In this document: one piece after another, positions 8,457-16,107 of the stretch | Numbering within the stretch: the first letter of the stretch is position 1 | Layout of the letters: every line of letters begins with the position of its first letter | Source: Candidatus Iainarchaeum sp. | GTDB taxonomy: Archaea > B1Sed10-29 > WALL01 | Length of the DNA stretch: 18,562 bases | Direction: 5' to 3' | Assembly (NCBI GenBank): GCA_021162685.1 | Contig: JAGGYF010000001.1 | Span: 1-18,562, forward strand | Notes under the pieces: generated by a model | What the model was told of the DNA's origin: nothing | Seen by the model: only the letters and a program-made list of their open reading frames with translations | Databases searched by the model: none | Translations under genes and position numbers: made by a program

Positions 8457-9704
8457 ATGCCAAGAAAAAAACTCAGGATAATGATGCCTGCATATTACTT
8501 CGGAGGAAAAGGGGGTTCCTCAATTCACATTGCTAAACTCAGTGAGGAACTGGCAAGGCGTGGACATGAAATTCATCTAGTGGTTAGAGACACACCTGAA
8601 GCAAGAGCATATAGGCCACCAAAAGAGCTGAAGGACAGGATATTTGTACATTTTATAAAAAAGTCAGGCTTATACTTCCCTCTTGACTTCATAAAGAATC
8701 CCTCTAGGTCTGTACAGCTTATGAAGCTAATTGACGAGATTAAACCAGATGTTATAAAATTTCATGAAACAACGGCTGCTGTTGGGCTAACGCCCGCAGT
8801 GCTTTTGGCAGGCAAGATAAAGGGTATCCCCATCATTCTGCATACGCACACAATTATGAGGGCCAGATACCCAAAAGGCAAAAAAGGCGACAGAAGATTG
8901 GATGTTATCCACTGGATAAGTGACAAAGTTCCGCAGTTCATGCTGAGGATTGCAAGACCAGAAGGCACAGCTACATGGAGTGGAAAAGAATTTGAGCATC
9001 CATTGAGCGAAAAGTTAGTGCCTGTTGGCACTCCAATAGATCTGGACTTTTTTTCCCCTGAGAATGCGAACAATATTAGGCATAGGATAGACAACATAAA
9101 AGAAAACAATGTTATAATAACTACCATAGGAAGAATAGACCCTATAAAAGGTCAGCTTGATGTTGTAAAAGCTCTGAGGTATGTTGTGGAAAAAAATCCA
9201 AATGTAAAACTTCTTTTTGTTGGTGGAGGACATAAGAGGCCATATGTGAATGAAGAATATCTTTCACAGATTGAGGAAGAAATCAAAAAAAACAGGTTAG
9301 AAAAACATGTGATATTTGTAGGGGATGTTGATCAAAAAATGGTTAGGGACATTATTCATTCCTCAGACGTGTGTGTGCAATTAGGATGGCACGGAAGAAC
9401 ATTGCTTGAAGCAATGGCAATGAAAAAGCCATTGATTACAAGTAAGAGAGAGGCTGAAACTCTAAATCTTGTTGAGCATGGGAAAAATGGTCTACTAGTA
9501 GATGCCAAAAATCCAAAGGAGGTTGCTGAAACAATTCTTTCCATCGTAAACAACAAAGAACTAGCAAGAAAACTTGGAAAGAACGCAAGAAAGAAAGCTG
9601 AGATGTTTTCTGTAGAGAGAGTTGCAGATAGAGTAGAGAGTTTTCTTTACAGGGTTTTGGAAGAGCAATCAAAAAGCAAGGAGCGGCCAAGAAAGAAATC
9701 GTAG
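8457..9704 (+). CDS. Glycosyltransferase family 4 (GT-B fold)
   Basis: GGKGGSSIHIAKLSEELARRGHEIHLV, GRIDPIKG, LLEAMAMKKPLI and VEHGKNGLLV motifs. Start placed at the second ATG (MPRKKLRI) because GAAAG-GATTAAAT at about 8422-8434 overlaps the ATG at 8433 and lies at TATA distance from 8457. Confidence 0.88.
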   Translation: MPRKKLRIMMPAYYFGGKGGSSIHIAKLSEELARRGHEIHLVVRDTPEARAYRPPKELKDRIFVHFIKKSGLYFPLDFIKNPSRSVQLMKLIDEIKPDVIKFHETTAAVGLTPAVLLAGKIKGIPIILHTHTIMRARYPKGKKGDRRLDVIHWISDKVPQFMLRIARPEGTATWSGKEFEHPLSEKLVPVGTPIDLDFFSPENANNIRHRIDNIKENNVIITTIGRIDPIKGQLDVVKALRYVVEKNPNVKLLFVGGGHKRPYVNEEYLSQIEEEIKKNRLEKHVIFVGDVDQKMVRDIIHSSDVCVQLGWHGRTLLEAMAMKKPLITSKREAETLNLVEHGKNGLLVDAKNPKEVAETILSIVNNKELARKLGKNARKKAEMFSVERVADRVESFLYRVLEEQSKSKERPRKKS

Positions 9705-9740
9705 CGGACCCGGGGGGATTCGAACCCCCGATACCTGGCT

Positions 9741-9810
9741 TTCAACATCCATGCGCACTTGAGTGGTACCTTGTGTACCACGATGCGCCGATCCATGCGC
9801 ATTATGGATT
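9741..9810 (-). other. 70-nt anticodon-loop (37/38) tRNA intron with relaxed BHB
   Basis: Bulges UA|A and AA|A, inner helix AUCCAU/AUGGAU. The central helix CUUC/GUUG has two U-U mismatches. Confidence 0.85.
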
Positions 9811-9829
9811 TAGAAGGCCAGCGCCCTAT

Positions 9830-9892
9830 CTGCCAACCACGGGGGCTGGTCGCAAAGCGAGCACCCCCAAAGCGTGAACCGATTTTGCGGTT
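9830..9892 (-). other. 63-nt D-loop tRNA intron with strict bulge-helix-bulge
   Basis: Outer helix CCUA/UAGG, central helix GCCA/UGGC, bulges GG|A and AG|A, inner helix ACCGC/GUGGU. Confidence 0.88.
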
Positions 9893-9954
9893 CCTGGCTA
9901 GGCTACGGGTCCAGGTTTTTAATTTTTCTGTTTTATAGTTTTTAAATAATTTGG

Positions 9955-11619
9955 TTACATTCTACTCGGAGCAGCTATGCCCAAAAGGTCTAGACATGCT
10001 TTGATTGTATCTGCTGTTGAGAGCACTAATGCCAATCGCTCTTCCTCTTTATCACTTCCTATTACCTGCTCACTGTTGTAGAATGAGTTGAATGTATAGG
10101 CAAGCTCATATGCGTAATTTGCAATTAGGTGGGGAGAATAGTGTGAAGCCGCATCCTCTAGAACATCTGGAAATTCTCCGATCTTCTTCAGAAGATTCTT
10201 CTCGCTCTCGGTTGTTAATGCTCCTGCTTTTGGATTCTTTGTAGATTTTTCTAGGATGTGTTTGGCCCTTACATATGCATACTGGATATAAGGTGCAGAC
10301 TCCCCATTGAAATCCAATGCTGTTTCCCAATCAAAAACTATTGTTTTGTTATTTGAGACCTTTAACATGCCATACTTTATTGCACCTATACCAACGACCT
10401 TTGCAATACTCTGCTTCTCCTCTTCTGAAAGCTTTGGATTTTTCTCCTCAACTGCCTTCCTCGCCCTTTCAATTGCTTCCTTTGCAAAGTCCTCATAAAG
10501 TATTACGTTGCCCTCCCTGGACTTCATCTTACCTGATTTGAGTACAACTAACTCGTAAGCTAAATGATAACACTTATCTGCTTGTTTGAATCCCATGCGT
10601 CTTAATGTCTCAAATAATTGCTTGAAGTAAAGTTTTTGTTCAGAACCAACTACGTATATGCTAACATCAATATTGTATTCCTCAAACTTCTTCTTTGCTA
10701 GGTATAAATCTTTTGTACTATAGAGTGGAGTACCATCTGAACGCAAAAGGAGAAAAACGCCCAAACCTTTGTCTTTCAGGTCAACAATAACTGCTCCTTG
10801 GTCTAGTTTCGCGATGCCTTTCTCAACCAACTGTTTCACTAGTTCAACGCCTGGCTCCTCTACCTCACTCTCAAAGAACACAGTATCAAACGTTACACCG
10901 AGTTCACGGTAGATTCTATCAAATTCTTCAATACTCCATTGCCTTGTTTTCTTCCAGAGATCCACCAATTCCCTTTCCTTATCAAAGAATAATCGTTTGT
11001 AAACATTCCGTACTTCTTCCTCATACGCTGGATTTTCTTTCAACTTCTGTGCTGCTTCTTTGTATATCTCCCCAAGCCATCGCCCCTTGTTTTTTTCTGG
11101 CTTTTCTCCCTTATGGAACTTCTCCAAACACCAAAGCACTTTTGCGACATGTGTTCCTGTGTCTCCTAAATAATTCGCTGCAATCGTTTCATAGCCATTG
11201 TACCTAAGAATTCTAACAAGTGAATCTCCCAGACAAACATTTCTCAGATGGCCAACGTGAAATGCTTTATGTGTATTTGGTTGAGAAAATTCAACCATAA
11301 CCTTTTCCTTTTTTTGTTTGCCTTTTCCGTAACCTTCCTTCAACGCATCTTCAACAATTGCTTTTGATAAAGCATCCCAATCAGCAAAGAAGTTCAGATA
11401 GGGACCATAAGCCTTAACGTTCTTTATCATGCCTCCGCGCTTTATTTTTTTAGCCAAAGCTTCTGCATTTTCTTTTGGGTTCCCTGGCAGCTCAAATGCA
11501 ATTCTGCTCGCTAAATCCCCTAGCTTTGGGTCTGGGGGGTATGTAAGCTCATTGAGGCTAATCCTCTTTCCTGTAGCCTCTTCTATGGCTCTCTGTACTG
11601 CTATCTTGAACGGACGCAT
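9955..11619 (-). CDS. argS: Arginine--tRNA ligase
   Basis: VEFSQPNTHKAFHVGHLRN (HIGH-type), ANYLGDTG, SDGTPLYSTKDL, YVVGSEQKLYF, KMKSREGNVI, FNGESAPYIQYAYVR and C-terminal LGIAAPSRM. ATG 11619 is preferred over TTG 11637 because TTAAATA lies at 11642-11648. Confidence 0.97.
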   Translation of the reverse strand: MRPFKIAVQRAIEEATGKRISLNELTYPPDPKLGDLASRIAFELPGNPKENAEALAKKIKRGGMIKNVKAYGPYLNFFADWDALSKAIVEDALKEGYGKGKQKKEKVMVEFSQPNTHKAFHVGHLRNVCLGDSLVRILRYNGYETIAANYLGDTGTHVAKVLWCLEKFHKGEKPEKNKGRWLGEIYKEAAQKLKENPAYEEEVRNVYKRLFFDKERELVDLWKKTRQWSIEEFDRIYRELGVTFDTVFFESEVEEPGVELVKQLVEKGIAKLDQGAVIVDLKDKGLGVFLLLRSDGTPLYSTKDLYLAKKKFEEYNIDVSIYVVGSEQKLYFKQLFETLRRMGFKQADKCYHLAYELVVLKSGKMKSREGNVILYEDFAKEAIERARKAVEEKNPKLSEEEKQSIAKVVGIGAIKYGMLKVSNNKTIVFDWETALDFNGESAPYIQYAYVRAKHILEKSTKNPKAGALTTESEKNLLKKIGEFPDVLEDAASHYSPHLIANYAYELAYTFNSFYNSEQVIGSDKEEERLALVLSTADTIKACLDLLGIAAPSRM

Positions 11620-11644
11620 AATAATCCTTAACAACACTTTCTAT

Positions 11645-12313
11645 TTAAGCTTGCTGCCTGAGTAGACGTTTTATCGCATTGTGAAGGGGGCCACCATACT
11701 CCCTTACTTTCCTAGCAAAGTGATATGCTAATCTTTCCTCACCCTGAAGATTGCCACTAACCAAACGCTGTACAAATTCGTGAAGTTCTCCTTCTCCTTT
11801 CATATACTCCTCATGAAGAATGTCCTTTAATTCTTCTAGTTCTTCTGGAGATAGTCCAAGCGTTTCATGCTTTAAATTTTCGACTCGCCTGCGAATGGTC
11901 GCCTCGGCTCTTTCAGGAGTCATAACCATGCTCATGCTGCAAGTCTCTGGGGATTTTATTTGTTCGAGTAGATCGATTCTTTCATGTTCCTCAATAAGGC
12001 CCTTTTCTTTTGCCTCATTTATTTTTGATCTAGCAGCAACGAACTCACCCTCATATGCTAGGTTAGCAGCATCTATGATATAAGGTAGTGCTTGTGCTTT
12101 GAATCTCTTCGTAAAAAATTCTTCTATCTTTGATTGAAACGCTTCTTCTGAGATGTATCCCTTTTCAAATGCGTCTCGTAATATATGATGAGAAGGGATT
12201 TCTCTCTTCCTCTCACTCATCTGTCTGGCACGCTTTAGATAGGAATGTGCTTTGGGATCCAGATCAGCATCTACCAATGGGCCTCTTGCGTATTTGCAAA
12301 AACGTTTTGCCAT
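11645..12313 (-). CDS. Hypothetical helical protein (222 aa)
   Basis: Long ATG-started ORF with E/K/R-rich composition like its neighbours and TTAAATA about 22 nt upstream. No family recognised. Confidence 0.75.
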   Translation of the reverse strand: MAKRFCKYARGPLVDADLDPKAHSYLKRARQMSERKREIPSHHILRDAFEKGYISEEAFQSKIEEFFTKRFKAQALPYIIDAANLAYEGEFVAARSKINEAKEKGLIEEHERIDLLEQIKSPETCSMSMVMTPERAEATIRRRVENLKHETLGLSPEELEELKDILHEEYMKGEGELHEFVQRLVSGNLQGEERLAYHFARKVREYGGPLHNAIKRLLRQQA

Positions 12314-12356
12314 AGAATTATTTTGATAGGAGAGTATTTAAGCTTTGCTGGAAAAA

Positions 12357-12647
12357 TCAGGGATTCACAGTCAGCTTTCCAAATCTGCCTGTACTGACCT
12401 GAATCTCTCCGTTGAACTCAGAAGCCCATCCGTTCTCTATCTTTATTTTGTCTCCTTTCTTCACTTTGTCAACATCGTCGTTCCAAAATGTTACCTTTAC
12501 CGTATTTCCGTCTGTGTCCTTTCCAGTAGCAGAAACTAACCTACCAGAACCCCTGTGATTGCTCCACTCTCTTGGTTCTTCCATATCCACTATCTCAAGC
12601 TCTATTGAATCTATGGGTTTCCTTGCCTCCAGATCTTTAATCATCAT
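12357..12647 (-). CDS. Single OB-fold single-stranded DNA-binding protein (archaeal SSB/RPA-like)
   Basis: IKDL...IELEIVDMEEPRE...KDTDGNTVKVTFWNDDVDKVKKGDKIKIENGWASEFNGEIQVSTGRFGKL fits the archaeal single-OB SSB pattern. GGTGA ribosome-binding site upstream. Confidence 0.88.
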   Translation of the reverse strand: MMIKDLEARKPIDSIELEIVDMEEPREWSNHRGSGRLVSATGKDTDGNTVKVTFWNDDVDKVKKGDKIKIENGWASEFNGEIQVSTGRFGKLTVNP

Positions 12648-12755
12648 ATTATCACCAAAGAGGAATACTTTGCGTATTTTCTGATATAAAAAGGTTACAT
12701 ATGTATATGTTGTTTTTGAGGTGATTTTAAATAAACTAGTTCTTATATGTTCTAA

Positions 12756-12935
12756 ATGAAACGAGCTGTTCCTCTACCAATTGTAATCACCAAAGAGGGC
12801 AAATGGTTTGTAGCTTCCTGCCCTATCTTGGATATTGCCACGCAAGGGAGAACAGAGAAAGAGGTAAAAGAGAACATGAAGGACCTTATTAATGAGTATA
12901 TGAGAGACCCAGACACACCAAAACCTGGGCAATAA
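12756..12935 (+). CDS. HicB-like (UPF0150) antitoxin-family protein, 59 aa, possibly truncated
   Basis: Absent from the ORF track. Translates to MKRAVPLPIVITKEGKWFVASCPILDIATQGRTEKEVKENMKDLINEYMRDPDTPKPGQ, with the HicB pattern F-V-A-x-C-P-x-L-x-I-A-T-Q-G-x-T-x-x-E. TTTAAATA at 12726-12733. Confidence 0.8.
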   Translation: MKRAVPLPIVITKEGKWFVASCPILDIATQGRTEKEVKENMKDLINEYMRDPDTPKPGQ

Positions 12936-13017
12936 AGTACTGAACCATACAACGTGACCGTTTTTGTGAACGCATAATAATATATATGATATCTGAGTTA
13001 GAGACAGTGGTGTTTTC

Positions 13018-13479
13018 ATGCTAGTGAAAGAAGTTATGACAAAAAAGCCGATAACTGTAAAAGAAAATGACTTCATACTTGACGTGATAAAACTCTTTAA
13101 GAAACATAGGATTAGAGGCGCTCCAGTAGTCAAAAAAGGTAAGCTTGTTGGATTGATAACTGAGAAACACATCCTTGACTTCATGGAAGTGCATGATTTT
13201 GGCTCTAGGTTGGTTCTTCCTGCTCCATTTGATTTCATAGAAGCAGTAATAGACGCACATGCCGAAGTTTATGAAGTTGAAAGAGAGTTTAATAAGCTGA
13301 AGCATGGGTATGTAAAGGATTTGATGGATAAAAATCCCGTAACTGTTACTCCAGACACGCATGTCTCAGAAGCAGCAGACATTATGACAGAAAAAGGAAT
13401 AACGCATCTGCCTGTAGTAGAGAAAGGAAAACTTGTTGGATTAGTTACGAGAACAGATTTATTGAAAAGTTTGGTTTAG
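13018..13479 (+). CDS. CBS-domain pair protein
   Basis: VKEVMTKKPITV...IRGAPVVKKGKLVGLITEKHI and VKDLMDKNPVTVTPD...ITHLPVVEKGKLVGLVTRTDLL. GGTG ribosome-binding site upstream. Confidence 0.93.
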   Translation: MLVKEVMTKKPITVKENDFILDVIKLFKKHRIRGAPVVKKGKLVGLITEKHILDFMEVHDFGSRLVLPAPFDFIEAVIDAHAEVYEVEREFNKLKHGYVKDLMDKNPVTVTPDTHVSEAADIMTEKGITHLPVVEKGKLVGLVTRTDLLKSLV

Positions 13480-14096
13480 ATTAATAAATACGTAATAACC
13501 ATTGCGCTGCATGACATAATTGGTATGGTTAGATTATCATCTAAACCACGAAGATATGCTTCTGTTAACATGCCAACAACTGAACCAATTGCTGCTATAA
13601 CAAACGATGTCTTGAAATCAAAATAGGTATTCAATGCGATTAGTGCTCCAACAAATGCCAGGCCAAAGCCTATGCCAGAACCCCTATAACTTTTTGTTTG
13701 GGTCCTCGGAAGCTTTTTTCTACCTATCTTTCTTCCTAGCCCAGTACAGATGGAATCTCCAATAGCAACAACTAGCATTGAAGCAACAATAAATATTTTG
13801 GGTAAGCCAAGCCAGAGGTGGTATAAAACCATGATGAACAATACACCCAAGAAGTACCATGTGACACCAGATGCTGGTGGTTTTCCTTTCCTTTCTGTGT
13901 GCTTTACAAGTTTTGAGAAGAAGATGATGTTTTTTCCTTGCTCTATCTGCTCTGCAAAGATTACAGTAAGTATTGCGCCTGCTGTAAGGAAGTAGAATGC
14001 CATATCCGAGGGAAGGTAGAAGACTGCTAATGCAAAGATTATACCTGAGACCAGATGTACTGCCTGCCTTTTCGTTTCGAGGTCAACTATAACCAT
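13476..14096 (-). CDS. SEC59/DGK1/VTE5-family (dolichol/phytol kinase-like) CTP-dependent membrane protein
   Basis: RQAVHLVSG, multiple hydrophobic helices, IGDSICTGLGRKIG, KSYRGS and DDNLTIP motifs. Confidence 0.85.
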   Translation of the reverse strand: MVIVDLETKRQAVHLVSGIIFALAVFYLPSDMAFYFLTAGAILTVIFAEQIEQGKNIIFFSKLVKHTERKGKPPASGVTWYFLGVLFIMVLYHLWLGLPKIFIVASMLVVAIGDSICTGLGRKIGRKKLPRTQTKSYRGSGIGFGLAFVGALIALNTYFDFKTSFVIAAIGSVVGMLTEAYLRGLDDNLTIPIMSCSAMVITYLLI

Positions 14097-14170
14097 GATA
14101 TTGGTTTACTATGATGGGATATAAAAAGATGGAGGTAGGTATTATATACTCTAAATAGAAAGATTAGGAT

Positions 14171-14731
14171 ATGCCAGAGTATAGGGGTAAAAAGGCAAGG
14201 GATTTCTTCAAGCATACGTTATTCAGGTCGCATTGGAGAGAGATAGAAACTGTAGTAAACCACAAAATCCCTGATCCAAACACACAAATAGAGGATATGG
14301 ATGAGGAGAGTATACGAGATATAATCAGTGCAGTCAAAAGCACGCTTATGATCACTAAGGGGATGGATGTTGCAAACAATTACGAAAAAAAGATGAATAG
14401 GGAACTGGAAAAGCTTAAAGAAGAAGTGAGATTAGGTGTCAGCTCTTTAAAAATACCTCCATCAGTAATTCTTGAGGCATTGAAAAAACCATATGGAAGA
14501 ACAGTTGAGAATAATTGGAAAAGAAAGGAGAAAACACCGATAGAAGATAGCATAGAGGAAATCACCAGGAGAGTATTACCTGAAGGAGAGATAAAGGATA
14601 TGCACCTCTCCCGTCTTGCGGATGAACTATTTAATCATTTTGAAGCACATGGAGTTCTTCCGCCATCTATGTCAAGACAGGAGGATAAACGCCTATTCCT
14701 TAATAGATTAAGGGAAATAATCGGAAAGTGA
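14171..14731 (+). CDS. Hypothetical protein (186 aa)
   Basis: ATG start with TTATATA at 14142-14148. Charged helical composition; no family recognised. Confidence 0.75.
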   Translation: MPEYRGKKARDFFKHTLFRSHWREIETVVNHKIPDPNTQIEDMDEESIRDIISAVKSTLMITKGMDVANNYEKKMNRELEKLKEEVRLGVSSLKIPPSVILEALKKPYGRTVENNWKRKEKTPIEDSIEEITRRVLPEGEIKDMHLSRLADELFNHFEAHGVLPPSMSRQEDKRLFLNRLREIIGK

Positions 14732-14773
14732 GCAAAACTTATAAATCATAATGTATTAAATTTAACTCTTTAT

Positions 14774-14878
14774 GGGAGCATAGCTTAGCCAGGTAGAGCG
14801 CCGGTCTTATATGGCCACGCTCTGTACAGGTTGGCCTGAGTCAACCGGAGGTCAAGGGTTCGAATCCCTTTGCTCCCA
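14774..14878 (+). tRNA. tRNA-Ile(UAU) with a 31-nt intron at 37/38 (14812-14842)
   Basis: GGGAGCA UA GCUU AGCCAGGUA GAGC G CCGGU CU-UAU-A|intron|A ACCGG AGGUC AAGGG UUCGAAU CCCUU UGCUCCC A. Strict BHB: central CUUA/UGAG, bulges UA|U and UC|A, inner GGCCA/UGGCC. TTATAAAT at 14739-14746. Confidence 0.93.
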
Positions 14879-14903
14879 CTTTATTTGTATTAGGGGTGTA
14901 AAA

Positions 14904-15989
14904 ATGGCAAAAAAGAAAAGAAAGAAAACTGAAAAGAAGGTTAAAGTTGAACATAAGGTAAAACATAAGGAGTTACCTCCTGAAACGTGGAACTGGGTAT
15001 TTGTGGCAGTTGGGGCAATACTTATTATTGGTATATTGGCAGGTGTCGGAGACCTAGTTCAGAAAACAAGAGCAACACCGTGCGCGCCACAAGGACCATT
15101 AACAATCAGTGAACAAGCATTAGAACCAAATCAGGTTGCACCAGACGTTGCAGCCAATAAGCTAAAGTACCTCCTAGAAACAGTAAACACTGGAGCAACT
15201 GTAACAATAGACAATATAGAAACGAAATTTGGATTATACGCAATAGATGTAACACTTGAAAAAAACGGGAGAAGAATAAGCGACACCATATATGTTTCTA
15301 AGAATGGTGAATACTTATTTGGGCAAGCAGTCAACATGACAGAGGTTATGCAAAAGATAAATGCACCAAAGGAGGAGTTCCAGCCAGAAAAGGCAGAGAT
15401 TCCAACAGTTAAATTCTTTGTAATGGCTTTTTGTCCATTTGGACAGCAAGCAGAAAAAGGACTTGAACCAGTATATAGACTATTGAAAGAAAAGGTGAAC
15501 TGGGAGCCACACTATGTTATATACTCAAACTATGCTGGTGGAAGCTCTGATTACTGCATAGAGAATGGAACACTTTGTTCAATGCATGGAGTTGATGAGC
15601 TTTACGAGGACGTTAGGCAGCTATGTATAAAGAAATATTATGACACAGAGACATTATGGGACTACTTAAAGTACGTGTTTACAAACTGCCAGCTTTCCAA
15701 CATAAACACATGTTGGTTGAGTGCAGCAGAGAGCGCAGGTATAGACACAGACAAAATAACAGAATGCCAAAATACAGAAGCAGTTGACCTATTGAAAGCA
15801 GAACAAGCACTAAACAAAGAGTATGGTGTCACAGGGTCACCGACAGTCTTCATAAATGATAAGAAGTATGTTGGTGGAAGAGATCCAGAATCATACAAAA
15901 CAGCGATATGTGAAGGATTCACTACACAACCAGATGAATGTGGACAAGAACTTTCGACAAGCTCAACAGGGCCAGCAGGACAATGCTGA
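14904..15989 (+). CDS. Membrane-anchored thioredoxin-fold (DsbA/GILT-like) protein, 361 aa
   Basis: The real start is ATG 14904 (GGGGTG ribosome-binding site; the longer ORF overlaps the tRNA). Basic N-terminus plus one TM helix, FFVMAFCPFG, CSMHGVDE, and a GVTGSPTVFIN cis-Pro loop. Confidence 0.8.
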   Translation: MAKKKRKKTEKKVKVEHKVKHKELPPETWNWVFVAVGAILIIGILAGVGDLVQKTRATPCAPQGPLTISEQALEPNQVAPDVAANKLKYLLETVNTGATVTIDNIETKFGLYAIDVTLEKNGRRISDTIYVSKNGEYLFGQAVNMTEVMQKINAPKEEFQPEKAEIPTVKFFVMAFCPFGQQAEKGLEPVYRLLKEKVNWEPHYVIYSNYAGGSSDYCIENGTLCSMHGVDELYEDVRQLCIKKYYDTETLWDYLKYVFTNCQLSNINTCWLSAAESAGIDTDKITECQNTEAVDLLKAEQALNKEYGVTGSPTVFINDKKYVGGRDPESYKTAICEGFTTQPDECGQELSTSSTGPAGQC

Positions 15990-16107
15990 GCCCCCACTCA
16001 TTTATTTATCAAAGCAGCCCAATACCCTAAAAACCCATGCACACCAAATTATCTTTGTGGGGAGTACCATAGAAAAGTTTTAAATAAGGCAAATAGGAGT
16101 ATAAAGT

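Larger units (their letters stand above)
9705..9912 (-). tRNA. tRNA-Arg(UCU) with two introns (D-loop 19/20 and canonical 37/38)
   Basis: The spliced minus strand reads GGACCCG UA GCCU AGCCAGG|AUA GGGC G CUGGC CU-UCU-A|A GCCAG GUAUC GGGGG UUCGAAU CCCCC CGGGUCC G (75 nt). All four stems pair; CCA is not encoded. Confidence 0.93.

Noticed and set aside
9741-9892. tRNA introns as box C/D guide RNAs or as carriers of nested introns
   Set aside because: No RUGAUGA/CUGA boxes were found, and the internal bulged helices lack correct BHB geometry.
9705-14878. Integrated element at either tRNA
   Set aside because: No integrase and no duplicated tRNA 3' fragment were seen, and the flanking genes are housekeeping.
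14811-14903. N-terminal 31 codons of the 392-aa ORF
   Set aside because: They overlap the tRNA-Ile intron and 3' exon. ATG 14904 has a ribosome-binding site and gives a sensible basic-plus-TM N-terminus.
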